NCBI GenBank assembly: GCA_934747265.1
Contig: CAKVGI010000005.1
Location: 7,921-71,920, forward strand
DNA from: an uncultured Rickettsiales bacterium
GTDB taxonomy: Bacteria > Pseudomonadota > Alphaproteobacteria > Rickettsiales > UBA1997
Reading direction: 5' to 3'
Length of the DNA: 64,000 bases
Made by a program: the position numbers and the translations under genes. Under the pieces are notes generated by a model. It was not told the origin of the DNA. It saw nothing but the letters and a program-made list of their open reading frames with translations, and made no database searches. This document shows positions 29,102 through 37,333 of this stretch, piece after piece. Each line of letters starts with the position of its first letter. Within the stretch, counting starts at the first letter, position 1.

Positions 29102-29440
29102 ATGAAAGATTCAGAATTACAAAAACAAGTTGGTAAAAAAATAAGAGAAATTAGAAAGCAAAGGAAAATTTCTCAGATGGATCTTGCATATTCTATTGGT
29201 ATGAGTATGAATACAATTTCATATATAGAATTAGGAAAAATAGCATCAAAAATTGATACATTAAATAAAATTGCAAATGTTTTAAATGTTAGTGTTTTTG
29301 ATTTTTTTAATTTTTTTGACTTTGAATTAAAAACTAATAATAAAAATATTGTTATTAATAATATTTTGTTAAAATTAAAAAAATGTAGTTATGAAGATTT
29401 AATAAAATATGAACAAATAATTAACGTTTTAATGAAATAA
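29102..29440 (+). CDS. XRE-family helix-turn-helix regulator (candidate controller protein of the divergent R-M gene)
   Basis: VGKKIREIRKQRKISQMDLAYSIGMSMNTISYIELGK is a classic Cro/C1 HTH. Confidence 0.8.
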   Translation: MKDSELQKQVGKKIREIRKQRKISQMDLAYSIGMSMNTISYIELGKIASKIDTLNKIANVLNVSVFDFFNFFDFELKTNNKNIVINNILLKLKKCSYEDLIKYEQIINVLMK

Positions 29441-29487
29441 TATTATAATTTATTTTTTGTTGTATTAAAATAATAATAAATAAGGAA

Positions 29488-29517
29488 AAGTAAAAAGAAG
29501 TGATTTAACATCACTTC
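29488..29517 (-). terminator. Intrinsic terminator after tsf
   Basis: The minus strand reads GAAGTGAT-gttaa-ATCACTTC followed by TTTTTACTTTT. Confidence 0.75.
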
Positions 29518-29524
29518 CGAAAAA

Positions 29525-30463
29525 TTAATTATTGCCAGTCATTGAAGCGACTTCCGCTGCAAAATCATTTTCTTTCTTTTCTATACCTTCACCTAACACA
29601 AAGAATACATAATCTTGAATTTCAACGGTCTTTCCTGTATTTTTCTCAAATTCTTTCAATAAATCTGAAATTTTTTTATTGTTGTCCATCACATAAGCTT
29701 GATTTAAAAGAACATTTTCTTCATAGAATTTTTTAATTCTTCCGTCAACCATTTTTTCAACAATATTCTCTGGTTTTCCAGCTTTTTTTGCTAATTCTCT
29801 TGCAATTTCTTTCTCTGAATCAAGTTTTGTTGCTGGAACGTCGCTTTCTTTCAAAAATTCTGGTTTAGTAGCAGCAATATGCATTGCAATTCCTTTACCT
29901 AACTCTTCTAGTTGTTCTGTTGAAGCGTCAGACTTTAATGCAACTAAAACGCCAATTTTTCCAAGTCCTTGTGCAACAGCTGTATGAATATAGGAAACGA
30001 TTAAGCCATTATCAACATGTAATGTTTTTCCTCTTCTAACTTGTAAATTTTCACCAATTGTTGCAACAGCATTAGCCATAATATTTGAAACAACATCATT
30101 GCATTTTTCACATTTTGTTGTTTTTAATATTTCTGCAAATTTATAAACATCGTTTTCATTTATATTTGAAGCAATTTTTAACAAATTTCTAACCAATTCT
30201 TGGAATTTTTCATTTCTTGCAACGAAATCTGTTTCTGAGTTAACTTCAAGAATTACTGCATCTTTTCCGCTATTTTCAATACCTATAACACCTTCTGCTG
30301 TTACTCTTGAACTTTTTTTAGCTGCTGATGATAATCCCTTTTTTCTTAACCATTCAACCGCTTTTTCATAATCATCATTGTTTTCTTTAAGAGCTTTATT
30401 ACAATCTGACATTCCGCATCCTGTATTTTCTCTTAATTTTTTGATTAAATCTGTATTTGCCAT
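29525..30463 (-). CDS. tsf: Elongation factor Ts
   Basis: LIKKLRENTGCGMSDCNKAL (UBA-like N-terminus) and VNSETDFVARNEKF are EF-Ts motifs. Confidence 0.95.
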   Translation of the reverse strand: MANTDLIKKLRENTGCGMSDCNKALKENNDDYEKAVEWLRKKGLSSAAKKSSRVTAEGVIGIENSGKDAVILEVNSETDFVARNEKFQELVRNLLKIASNINENDVYKFAEILKTTKCEKCNDVVSNIMANAVATIGENLQVRRGKTLHVDNGLIVSYIHTAVAQGLGKIGVLVALKSDASTEQLEELGKGIAMHIAATKPEFLKESDVPATKLDSEKEIARELAKKAGKPENIVEKMVDGRIKKFYEENVLLNQAYVMDNNKKISDLLKEFEKNTGKTVEIQDYVFFVLGEGIEKKENDFAAEVASMTGNN

Positions 30464-30551
30464 TTTTATCCTTTAATTGTTTAAGACTTACCACATTATA
30501 TATAGTGCTTTAAAAAAATATTTCAAGAAGAGAAAACTCTTCTTGAATATA

Positions 30552-31562
30552 TTATTTTTCTACTTTTTCCTCAGTAGTAGCAGGATTTTTTGCTTCTTCT
30601 TTTATAGCAGGAGCTTTATTTTCTTTTTTTACAACAGGAGCCTTTGCTTCTTTTTTAGCAACTGGTAATTTATCACCATGTTTTGCTTTGTTTAAAGCTT
30701 TACTTGGTTTTTTTGATTGAACTTTTTTATTTTCTTTTTTAGTAAAGTCTTTTTTAATAATTGGTGCATTTTCTAATGCATCCTTTAAAGCTTCTTCTAT
30801 AACTCTCATATATAACTTGATAGCTTTGATTGAATCATCATTTCCTGGAATTGGATAATCAATATTATCTGGATCTGAATTTGTATCAACGATAGCCATA
30901 ACTGGAATACCTAAACTCTTAGCTTCTGCGATTGACAAAGCTTCTCTTGGTGTATCAACAACAAAAACTAAATCAGGTAATTTAGACATATCTCTAATAC
31001 CACCTAATTGTTTGTCTAATTTTTCCTTTCTTCTACTCAACATTAATTTTTCTTTCTTTGTTAAAGTAGATTTTTCATCTGCTAACTCAGCTTCTATTTC
31101 TTTTAATGTTTTAATAGATCTAGAAATTGTTTTCCAGTTTGTTAACATACCACCTAACCATTTATTGGTTACATAGTATTGTCCACAATTTACAGCAACT
31201 TCTTTAACAGTTTCTGCTCCTTGTTTTTTTGTACAAACGAATAAAATTCTACCATGTCTTTTTACAATTTCTCTCAAAATTTTTGATGCTTCCGCAAGTA
31301 AAATTGCACTTTGTGTTAAATCTATAATATGCAACTCATTTTTAACACCATAAATATATGGAGCCATCTTTGCGTTCCATCTAGCGGTTCTATGTCCAAA
31401 ATGAACACCTGCTTCTAACATTTCTCTAATTGTAAAATGTGGTTCAAAAGCTTTTTCTTCTTTTGTTTCAGCTTTTATTTCTTCGTTTTCAACTTTTTCT
31501 TGTTGATTTTCTTGATTTTCAAGAACTTCTTCTTGTTCTTTAACTACTTCATCCATAGTCAT
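30552..31562 (-). CDS. rpsB: 30S ribosomal protein S2 with an acidic N-terminal extension and a Lys/Ala/Pro-repeat C-terminal extension
   Basis: The core is MLEAGVHFGHRTARWNAKMAPYIYG...VVDTPREALSIAEAKSLGIPVMAIVDTNSDPD. The tail contains the repeats KKEAKAPVVKKENKAPAIKEEAKNP. Confidence 0.95.
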   Translation of the reverse strand: MTMDEVVKEQEEVLENQENQQEKVENEEIKAETKEEKAFEPHFTIREMLEAGVHFGHRTARWNAKMAPYIYGVKNELHIIDLTQSAILLAEASKILREIVKRHGRILFVCTKKQGAETVKEVAVNCGQYYVTNKWLGGMLTNWKTISRSIKTLKEIEAELADEKSTLTKKEKLMLSRRKEKLDKQLGGIRDMSKLPDLVFVVDTPREALSIAEAKSLGIPVMAIVDTNSDPDNIDYPIPGNDDSIKAIKLYMRVIEEALKDALENAPIIKKDFTKKENKKVQSKKPSKALNKAKHGDKLPVAKKEAKAPVVKKENKAPAIKEEAKNPATTEEKVEK

Positions 31563-31591
31563 TTTTTCTCCTTTTCTTTGGTTATACCACC

Positions 31592-31631
31592 ATCAGCTCA
31601 ACATCCAACAGGACACCAAAGCTTGGCTGAT
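31592..31631 (-). promoter_or_regulatory. GC-richer structured segment in the rpsB 5' leader
   Basis: On the minus strand, ATCAGC...(28 nt, with an inner CCAA-gct-TTGG hairpin)...GCTGAT ends ~25 nt upstream of the rpsB SD (AAGGAG). Confidence 0.3.
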
Positions 31632-31749
31632 TGTGATTTATCATTAATAATATTTGAATTAATTTAACTAATTCAATATAAATAATAATTTTATCAATAT
31701 TTATTTGCAAGCAATTTTTAATTTATCTTCTTTTATTAAAAATATTTAT

Positions 31750-32040
31750 TTTTACTAAGGTTTTTATGTGGTATTGCTACTAAGAAGTAATCCTTCATTC
31801 CCCTCTGATGAGGATATTCTCTATTCCCCCTTGATAAGGGTACACCACATTACCCCTGCTAAGGGATGTTCCTCTATTCCCCCTCCTAATAAGGTCTCCT
31901 TACCCATCCTGATAAGTTTCCCTTCCATTCCACCCTGATAATACCCCTTCATTCCACCATGATAAGTTCCAGTATCATCTCCCCCTGATAAGTTCCCCTT
32001 CCATTCCCCCCTGATAAGGGGGGTAAGGGGGGTTAAAATA
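31750..32040. repeat. Locus B, proximal array: about 9-11 tandem 23-30-bp units with core TGATAAG (reverse complement of the locus A CTTATCA units)
   Basis: The cores start at 31753, 31778, 31805, 31832, 31857, 31887, 31910, 31936, 31960, 31986 and 32012. The terminal unit is CCCCCC-TGATAA-GGGGGG. The plus strand is C-rich. Confidence 0.85.
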
Positions 32041-32294
32041 CTTTGAGTCTTTTAAACTCCGTTTTTTTATATTAATATATTATTTTATAATTCTTATAAA
32101 ATTATTAATTATATATTTTTTTTCTTATATATAATTATATAACATTAACAATATATTTAATGTGTGATTATAGCATTTAATGTGTAGTATATTCTTAATT
32201 CTAAATTATTTTATTTTTAAATCAAATCTTCAGCTTTATATTTTTAATTTTTAATTTTCAATTATTTATTTTGTTATAAAATAAATAACTATCA

Positions 32295-32930
32295 ACCCCC
32301 CTGCTGACTTCGTCAGCTCCCCCCTTACAAAGGGGGGCGAGAGAGAGGATATGTTGACCTCACAACTATCCCTTACAAAGGGTGGCGAGAAGAGGAAATA
32401 TTCTACGATTGACTTTCCTCTTACGAAGGGTGGTAAGGGAGCCTCACTTACAAGAGGGCAAGGAGGGAATATATTGACTTTGTTAGCCTTTCCCCTTACA
32501 ATGGGGGCAAAGACGGAGTACTGACTTCGTCAGCTCTCTCCTTACAAGGGAGGCATAAGAGAAGGTGTTCTACGCTAGCTCCTCCACCTTACGAAGTGGG
32601 AGAGCATGAGAGAGAATACATTGACTTCGTCAGCTTTTACTTACAAAGGGGGGTGTGGGGATGAAGGATTGTACATTGGTTCCGCTTTTTACAAAGAGAG
32701 GCGAAAAGAATGATATCTTATAAATCAACCACCATTATAAGGAGGGGGAAAGAGAGAAAGTATTTTACGCTAGCTTTTTTAGAAGGGGAGCGGGGAGGGC
32801 GTTTTTATATCAGTTTTATTCTTACAAAGGGGGTAGGTGGAAGTAATATTATGGTTGTATCATCTTTTTATCACAAAAGGTGGTAGGAGAGAGATATTCT
32901 GTCTTAATTTTTCTTTTGCAGAAAAAGTGA
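32295..32930. repeat. Locus B, distal array: 14-15 tandem ~47-bp units, each with a C-run/TTACAAA/G-run hairpin and often a second short hairpin (CTGAC-ttc-GTCAG)
   Basis: The loop motifs start at 32325, 32372, 32420, 32448, 32496, 32541, 32589, 32641, 32689, 32734, 32778, 32822, 32869 and 32914. No ORF of 60 aa or more exists on either strand. Confidence 0.88.
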
Positions 32931-33108
32931 AATAATAGGTTTGCGATTAACTTCTTCCATATAAAAATTAAAGATGGAAAAGATGTAATTTTATAACCAA
33001 CTACTCACATACTCAAAAAATATAGATGGGGATTTTTATATTTTATAAAATAAGAAATCTTTTATATTAAATGATATTTCTTTAACAATGTTTTATCTTA
33101 TTTTTTGG

Positions 33109-33612
33109 CTAAATCACATATGGATTATCAATATTAATTGATTTTAAAATTTCTATTTCCATATTTTCCATTTTTTTTCTTTCGTAATATTTTATATGAT
33201 CATAACCAAATAAATGCAAATAGCTATGAACAAGCATGTGTATAAAATGGTTCAAAAAAGTTTTGTTTTGCTCTTTAGCTTCTTTTTTTATTGTATCGTA
33301 TGAAAAAATAATATCACCCAATGCCATACAGGGTAAGGTCTTTAAATCATTAACAATAGACTTTTTATTTTCATATAAAGAAAAAGTTAAAACATTTGTC
33401 GGTTTATCTCTGTGTCTATATTCCTTATTTAGACTTTGTATATTTTCATCATCTGTTAGCGTGATTGAAAGTTCTATTGAATTATTATTATTTGTTGATA
33501 ATTTTAAATAATCAAAAACCAATTGGAAAATTTTTTCCATTAATTTTTCATTTATATCATTTTCATTCTTCCAAAGTTTACACTGAACCAGCAGATCTAT
33601 ATCTATATTCAT
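33109..33612 (-). CDS. ybeY: rRNA maturation endoribonuclease YbeY
   Basis: It has the zinc motif HMLVHSYLHLFGYDH. Confidence 0.92.
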   Translation of the reverse strand: MNIDIDLLVQCKLWKNENDINEKLMEKIFQLVFDYLKLSTNNNNSIELSITLTDDENIQSLNKEYRHRDKPTNVLTFSLYENKKSIVNDLKTLPCMALGDIIFSYDTIKKEAKEQNKTFLNHFIHMLVHSYLHLFGYDHIKYYERKKMENMEIEILKSINIDNPYVI

Positions 33613-33621
33613 ATATTTACA

Positions 33622-34581
33622 TTACCATTTTATGATTATAGAGCCCCAAGTTAATCCACCACCTAATGCTTCCAAAACGACTATATCATTATCTTTTATC
33701 TTATTATTTTTTATAGCGTAATCTACGGCAAGCGGTACAGATGCAGCAGATGTGTTGCCGTGATTTTGAACTGTTACAATAACTTTATCCTCTGGCAATT
33801 CAAGTTTTTTGCCAACTCCATCTATTATTCTTTTGTTTGCTTGATGTGGAATTAATAAAGAAATATCTGTGTTTTTTAAATTGCATTCTACTAAATTTTC
33901 TATTACGCATTCAGACATTTTATTAACACCCATTTTAAAAACTTCTCTTCCTTCCATATGAATAATTCCAGATGTTTGGTTGAGTGAAACTCCACCAGTT
34001 GTGTATAATAGTGGATTATATTGTCCGTCAGAATGCATTTTGCAATTTAAAATACCTCTATCTTCGTCTGTTGCCTGTAAAATAACAGCTCCTGCACCAT
34101 CACCAAATAACACACAAGTATTTCTGTCTTTCCAATCAACTATTCTTGATAAAGTTTCAGCACCAACTACAAGCGCATTTTTTACTTGATTCGTTTTTAT
34201 AAAATTATTTGCAACATTTAATGCATATATAAAGCCACAACAAACAGCTTGAATATCAAAGGCGAAGCAATTACTGGAAATACCAAGTTTATTTTGAATA
34301 ATTGTAGCAGTTGATGGGAAAGTCCTGTCTGGTGTTGTTGTTGCAACGATTATTAATCCTATATCATCCTTACTGATGTTAGCATTTTTTATAGCTTCAT
34401 CAGCAGCTTTAAAAGCTAAATCAGAAGTTAATTCATTTTCATCAGCTATATGTCTCTGCTTAATGCCGGTTCTTTCTGTTATCCATTCATCACTTGTCTC
34501 AACCATTTTTTCTAAATCAAAATTGGTCAAAATCTTTTTAGGTAAATATGAACCAGAGGATATTATTTTTGCGTTTGTCAT
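33622..34581 (-). CDS. fabH: 3-oxoacyl-ACP synthase III
   Basis: It has the active-site Cys context (AFDIQAVCCGFIYAL) and the stretches HQANKRI and GNTSAASVPLA. Confidence 0.95.
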   Translation of the reverse strand: MTNAKIISSGSYLPKKILTNFDLEKMVETSDEWITERTGIKQRHIADENELTSDLAFKAADEAIKNANISKDDIGLIIVATTTPDRTFPSTATIIQNKLGISSNCFAFDIQAVCCGFIYALNVANNFIKTNQVKNALVVGAETLSRIVDWKDRNTCVLFGDGAGAVILQATDEDRGILNCKMHSDGQYNPLLYTTGGVSLNQTSGIIHMEGREVFKMGVNKMSECVIENLVECNLKNTDISLLIPHQANKRIIDGVGKKLELPEDKVIVTVQNHGNTSAASVPLAVDYAIKNNKIKDNDIVVLEALGGGLTWGSIIIKW

Positions 34582-34586
34582 AGGCC

Positions 34587-35639
34587 TTAATATTTATGTT
34601 CTCCAAAATTTTCATAGTCTTCAGACTCAGATTCTTGAATTAAAGAAATAATCTCACTATTTATGTTATTTTTTATAAGATTTAAAGTATTTTTTATAGC
34701 ACTAGCAAATGAAACTTTATCGGAATTGCCGTGGCTTTTTACCACAATACCATTCAAACCAACAAGCATAGCACCATTGTGTTGTTTGTGATCTATTTTT
34801 TTCTTTGCTTTATTTATGCCTCTGCTAGCAAGCAAATAACCAATTCTAGATAATATTCCATTACTAAAACCTTCCTTCATTACTGTTGCAAAAAATTTAC
34901 TTGCACCTTCCATTGTTTTTAAAGCTACATTACCCGTAAAACCATCTGTAACAATAACATCAACGAGACCTTTCATTATATCATCACCTTCTATATAACC
35001 AAAGAAGTTATCTTTTAAAGGGCTATTTTTTAATGTTATAGAAGCATTTTTAACAGCATCATTTCCTTTCATTTCTTCGGAACCAACGTTTAAAATACCT
35101 ATTTTAGGATTTTTAACATTATTAACAGCTTTATAAAATGCTGAACCCATTATTGCAAACTGATATAAATTCGTAGAATCGCAATCTATATTTGCACCCA
35201 TATCAAGCAATGCTGTTGATCTACCAAGAAAATTTGGTATAAGCTGAATTAATGCTGGTCTGTCTATACCGGATATTGTTTTAAGAATTATCTTAGAAAT
35301 AGCCATTAAAGCACCAGTATTTCCGGCGGAAATAGCAGCTTGCGCTTCGCCAGATTTAACAGCTTCAACGGCCAACCTAATACTGGAATCTTTCTTTCTT
35401 AAAGCTAATGTTGGTTTGTCTTCGCCGGTAATATAAACACTAGTATGAATAACTTTTGATATTTTTTTAACTTCGGGATATTTATTTAAGTATCTATTGA
35501 TCTTAATCTCATCACCATAAAGAAGAAAAAACAATTCTTCTTTCAGTGATTTACTTAATTCATTTACACCCTCAATCACACATGCTGGTGCATTATCACC
35601 ACCCATACAATCCAAAGCTATTACAACCTTATTTGTCAA
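34587..35639 (-). CDS. plsX: Phosphate acyltransferase PlsX
   Basis: IALDCMGGDNAP and DVIVTDGFTGNVALK are PlsX motifs. Confidence 0.95.
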   Translation of the reverse strand: MTNKVVIALDCMGGDNAPACVIEGVNELSKSLKEELFFLLYGDEIKINRYLNKYPEVKKISKVIHTSVYITGEDKPTLALRKKDSSIRLAVEAVKSGEAQAAISAGNTGALMAISKIILKTISGIDRPALIQLIPNFLGRSTALLDMGANIDCDSTNLYQFAIMGSAFYKAVNNVKNPKIGILNVGSEEMKGNDAVKNASITLKNSPLKDNFFGYIEGDDIMKGLVDVIVTDGFTGNVALKTMEGASKFFATVMKEGFSNGILSRIGYLLASRGINKAKKKIDHKQHNGAMLVGLNGIVVKSHGNSDKVSFASAIKNTLNLIKNNINSEIISLIQESESEDYENFGEHKY

Positions 35640-35660
35640 GATTACTCCCTATTATTGAGA

Positions 35661-35888
35661 TTAAGAATTACTATCTTCCGTATTCTCTTCTTTTTTATTT
35701 TTTGCTGGTTTTTCCTTTAAAACCTTCTTGCCATTATAATAACCATCTAATGAAATGTGATGTGGCAATTTATATTCGCCAGTGTCTTTATCAATCATAA
35801 CATTTGGTAAAACTATTTTATAAGAGCCATTACCGCCCATTCTTTTACCTACTTTACTCTTACTAGTTTTTTTCTTTGGAACTGCCAT
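35661..35888 (-). CDS. rpmF: 50S ribosomal protein L32 (with C-terminal extension)
   Basis: It begins [17 protein letters not shown]. It lies upstream of plsX-fabH, the conserved gene order. Confidence 0.85.
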   Translation of the reverse strand: MAVPKKKTSKSKVGKRMGGNGSYKIVLPNVMIDKDTGEYKLPHHISLDGYYNGKKVLKEKPAKNKKEENTEDSNS

Positions 35889-36252
35889 TTCAATCCTCTA
35901 ATTATTAATTCAATTCATTATTAATTTAACACATATTGAAAAATATACTAATTATTTTAAAAAAGTCAACTGTATTTTTAAAAAACAAAAACATTATTAA
36001 TCTTTATATATTTTTATTCTTAATATATTTTTAATATCAAATTTAATTAAATATCTTTTTACCAAGATAAATAAAAAGTATCAAGAGGAAAATTTATCAA
36101 AGAGGAAATCAATATAAAATAATTTCCTCTTTTTAACATAAATTTATTGTATACTGCGTGTCTGTTTTGTATGATTTGCACGTTTAGCTGGTATATCAGA
36201 TGTAGAATCTTCTGATGATCTTTTAATACCACCAAGAGTTTTTAATGAATTG

Positions 36253-37266
36253 CTATTTTTCAAGTACATTTTCTGTGGTGATTATTTTTATATCTTCATT
36301 AAGTTTTTTCTGAGCTTCTCTCATTGCTATTTTTTCATCTTCCAAAAGTTCAATATCTGTTGTTTGTTTTATTTTTCCTTTACTTATTTGCGTTGGAATA
36401 CTTAAAGTTGTATTTACTGGTACGCCGTAATGTTTAGCAACTTCTTCATCGGTTATGAGAACATTACAACTTTCAATGTATGGAGTCTTATCAAAACAAT
36501 ATGCTTTCATTAATTTAGCAATAGCGGTTGCTGGTAATATTGTTGCTCCTGTGCTAACCTTTGCACCACCTTTTCCAGCACCCTGTTGTTTAGATATTGT
36601 TGATCCCATACTTTTTGTATTTTCTACTATTTCGCCGAGTGTATCTTTGTCTATTTTAATATTTATGCTATTTTTCATCGGAGTCATACTTGAATTATGA
36701 TAACCAATCATAAAACCTTCACTTTCTTTACCAGTGGTTTCTTTTATATTTTGTTTTAATCTTGTAGAATCAACGGCACCAGTTAAACCTATAATTTCCA
36801 AGCTACTAGCGTTTTCTCTGGCTACTTGGCACATTGTGTCAACCTGATTTGTTACCACAAGAGATAATGCATTTGGACAATATTTTTCTAGTTCTGTAAA
36901 GATGTTTTTAATCATTTCGGAATTAATCTTTGATTGAACTAATCTACCACTTGGATCTATTGAACTAAAAGCTTCAAATTCCTCTTTTGTTGCATGTTTA
37001 CCAGCGCTACATATTACTAAATCTGAATCAGCTGTTTTTGAATAATCATTTGTAATTGTAAAATTAACTTTTCCATGATTTTTATTAATTGTTAAAGCTC
37101 CAGCAAGATCTTTTCTAAAACCTTCTAGTCTTGTTAAACTCTCCTCGCTACCGGAACCAATTAAAACAAAATTTGCTTCTTCGTCGCTTGGTACTTGACT
37201 GCACATCATGGTTAGTGCCTGCTTTCCTATTTTGCCACCAGCACCAATATATGTAATTTTTTTCAT
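36253..37266 (-). CDS. Divergent lactate/malate dehydrogenase superfamily protein
   Basis: It has a Rossmann motif ITYIGAGGKIGK. VVTNQVD corresponds to VVSNPVD, GAVDSTRL to LDSAR, and IGYHNSSMTP to the catalytic-His motif GGHSGxTxxP. The substrate loop carries an insertion (AGKHATKEEFEAFSSIDPSGR). Confidence 0.65.
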   Translation of the reverse strand: MKKITYIGAGGKIGKQALTMMCSQVPSDEEANFVLIGSGSEESLTRLEGFRKDLAGALTINKNHGKVNFTITNDYSKTADSDLVICSAGKHATKEEFEAFSSIDPSGRLVQSKINSEMIKNIFTELEKYCPNALSLVVTNQVDTMCQVARENASSLEIIGLTGAVDSTRLKQNIKETTGKESEGFMIGYHNSSMTPMKNSINIKIDKDTLGEIVENTKSMGSTISKQQGAGKGGAKVSTGATILPATAIAKLMKAYCFDKTPYIESCNVLITDEEVAKHYGVPVNTTLSIPTQISKGKIKQTTDIELLEDEKIAMREAQKKLNEDIKIITTENVLEK

Positions 37267-37333
37267 ATTTTCTGTTTTTCTTATTTTTATAAAAAAAATG
37301 TAATTAATATTTTTTATTTTGTCAAAACAATTT

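Noticed and set aside
23945-32930. CRISPR arrays as an explanation for the GC-rich tandem repeats
   Set aside because: The repeat units are degenerate rather than near-identical. Periods vary (23-30 bp and 44-52 bp). There is no alternation of a constant repeat with unique spacers of fixed length. No cas genes occur in the window.
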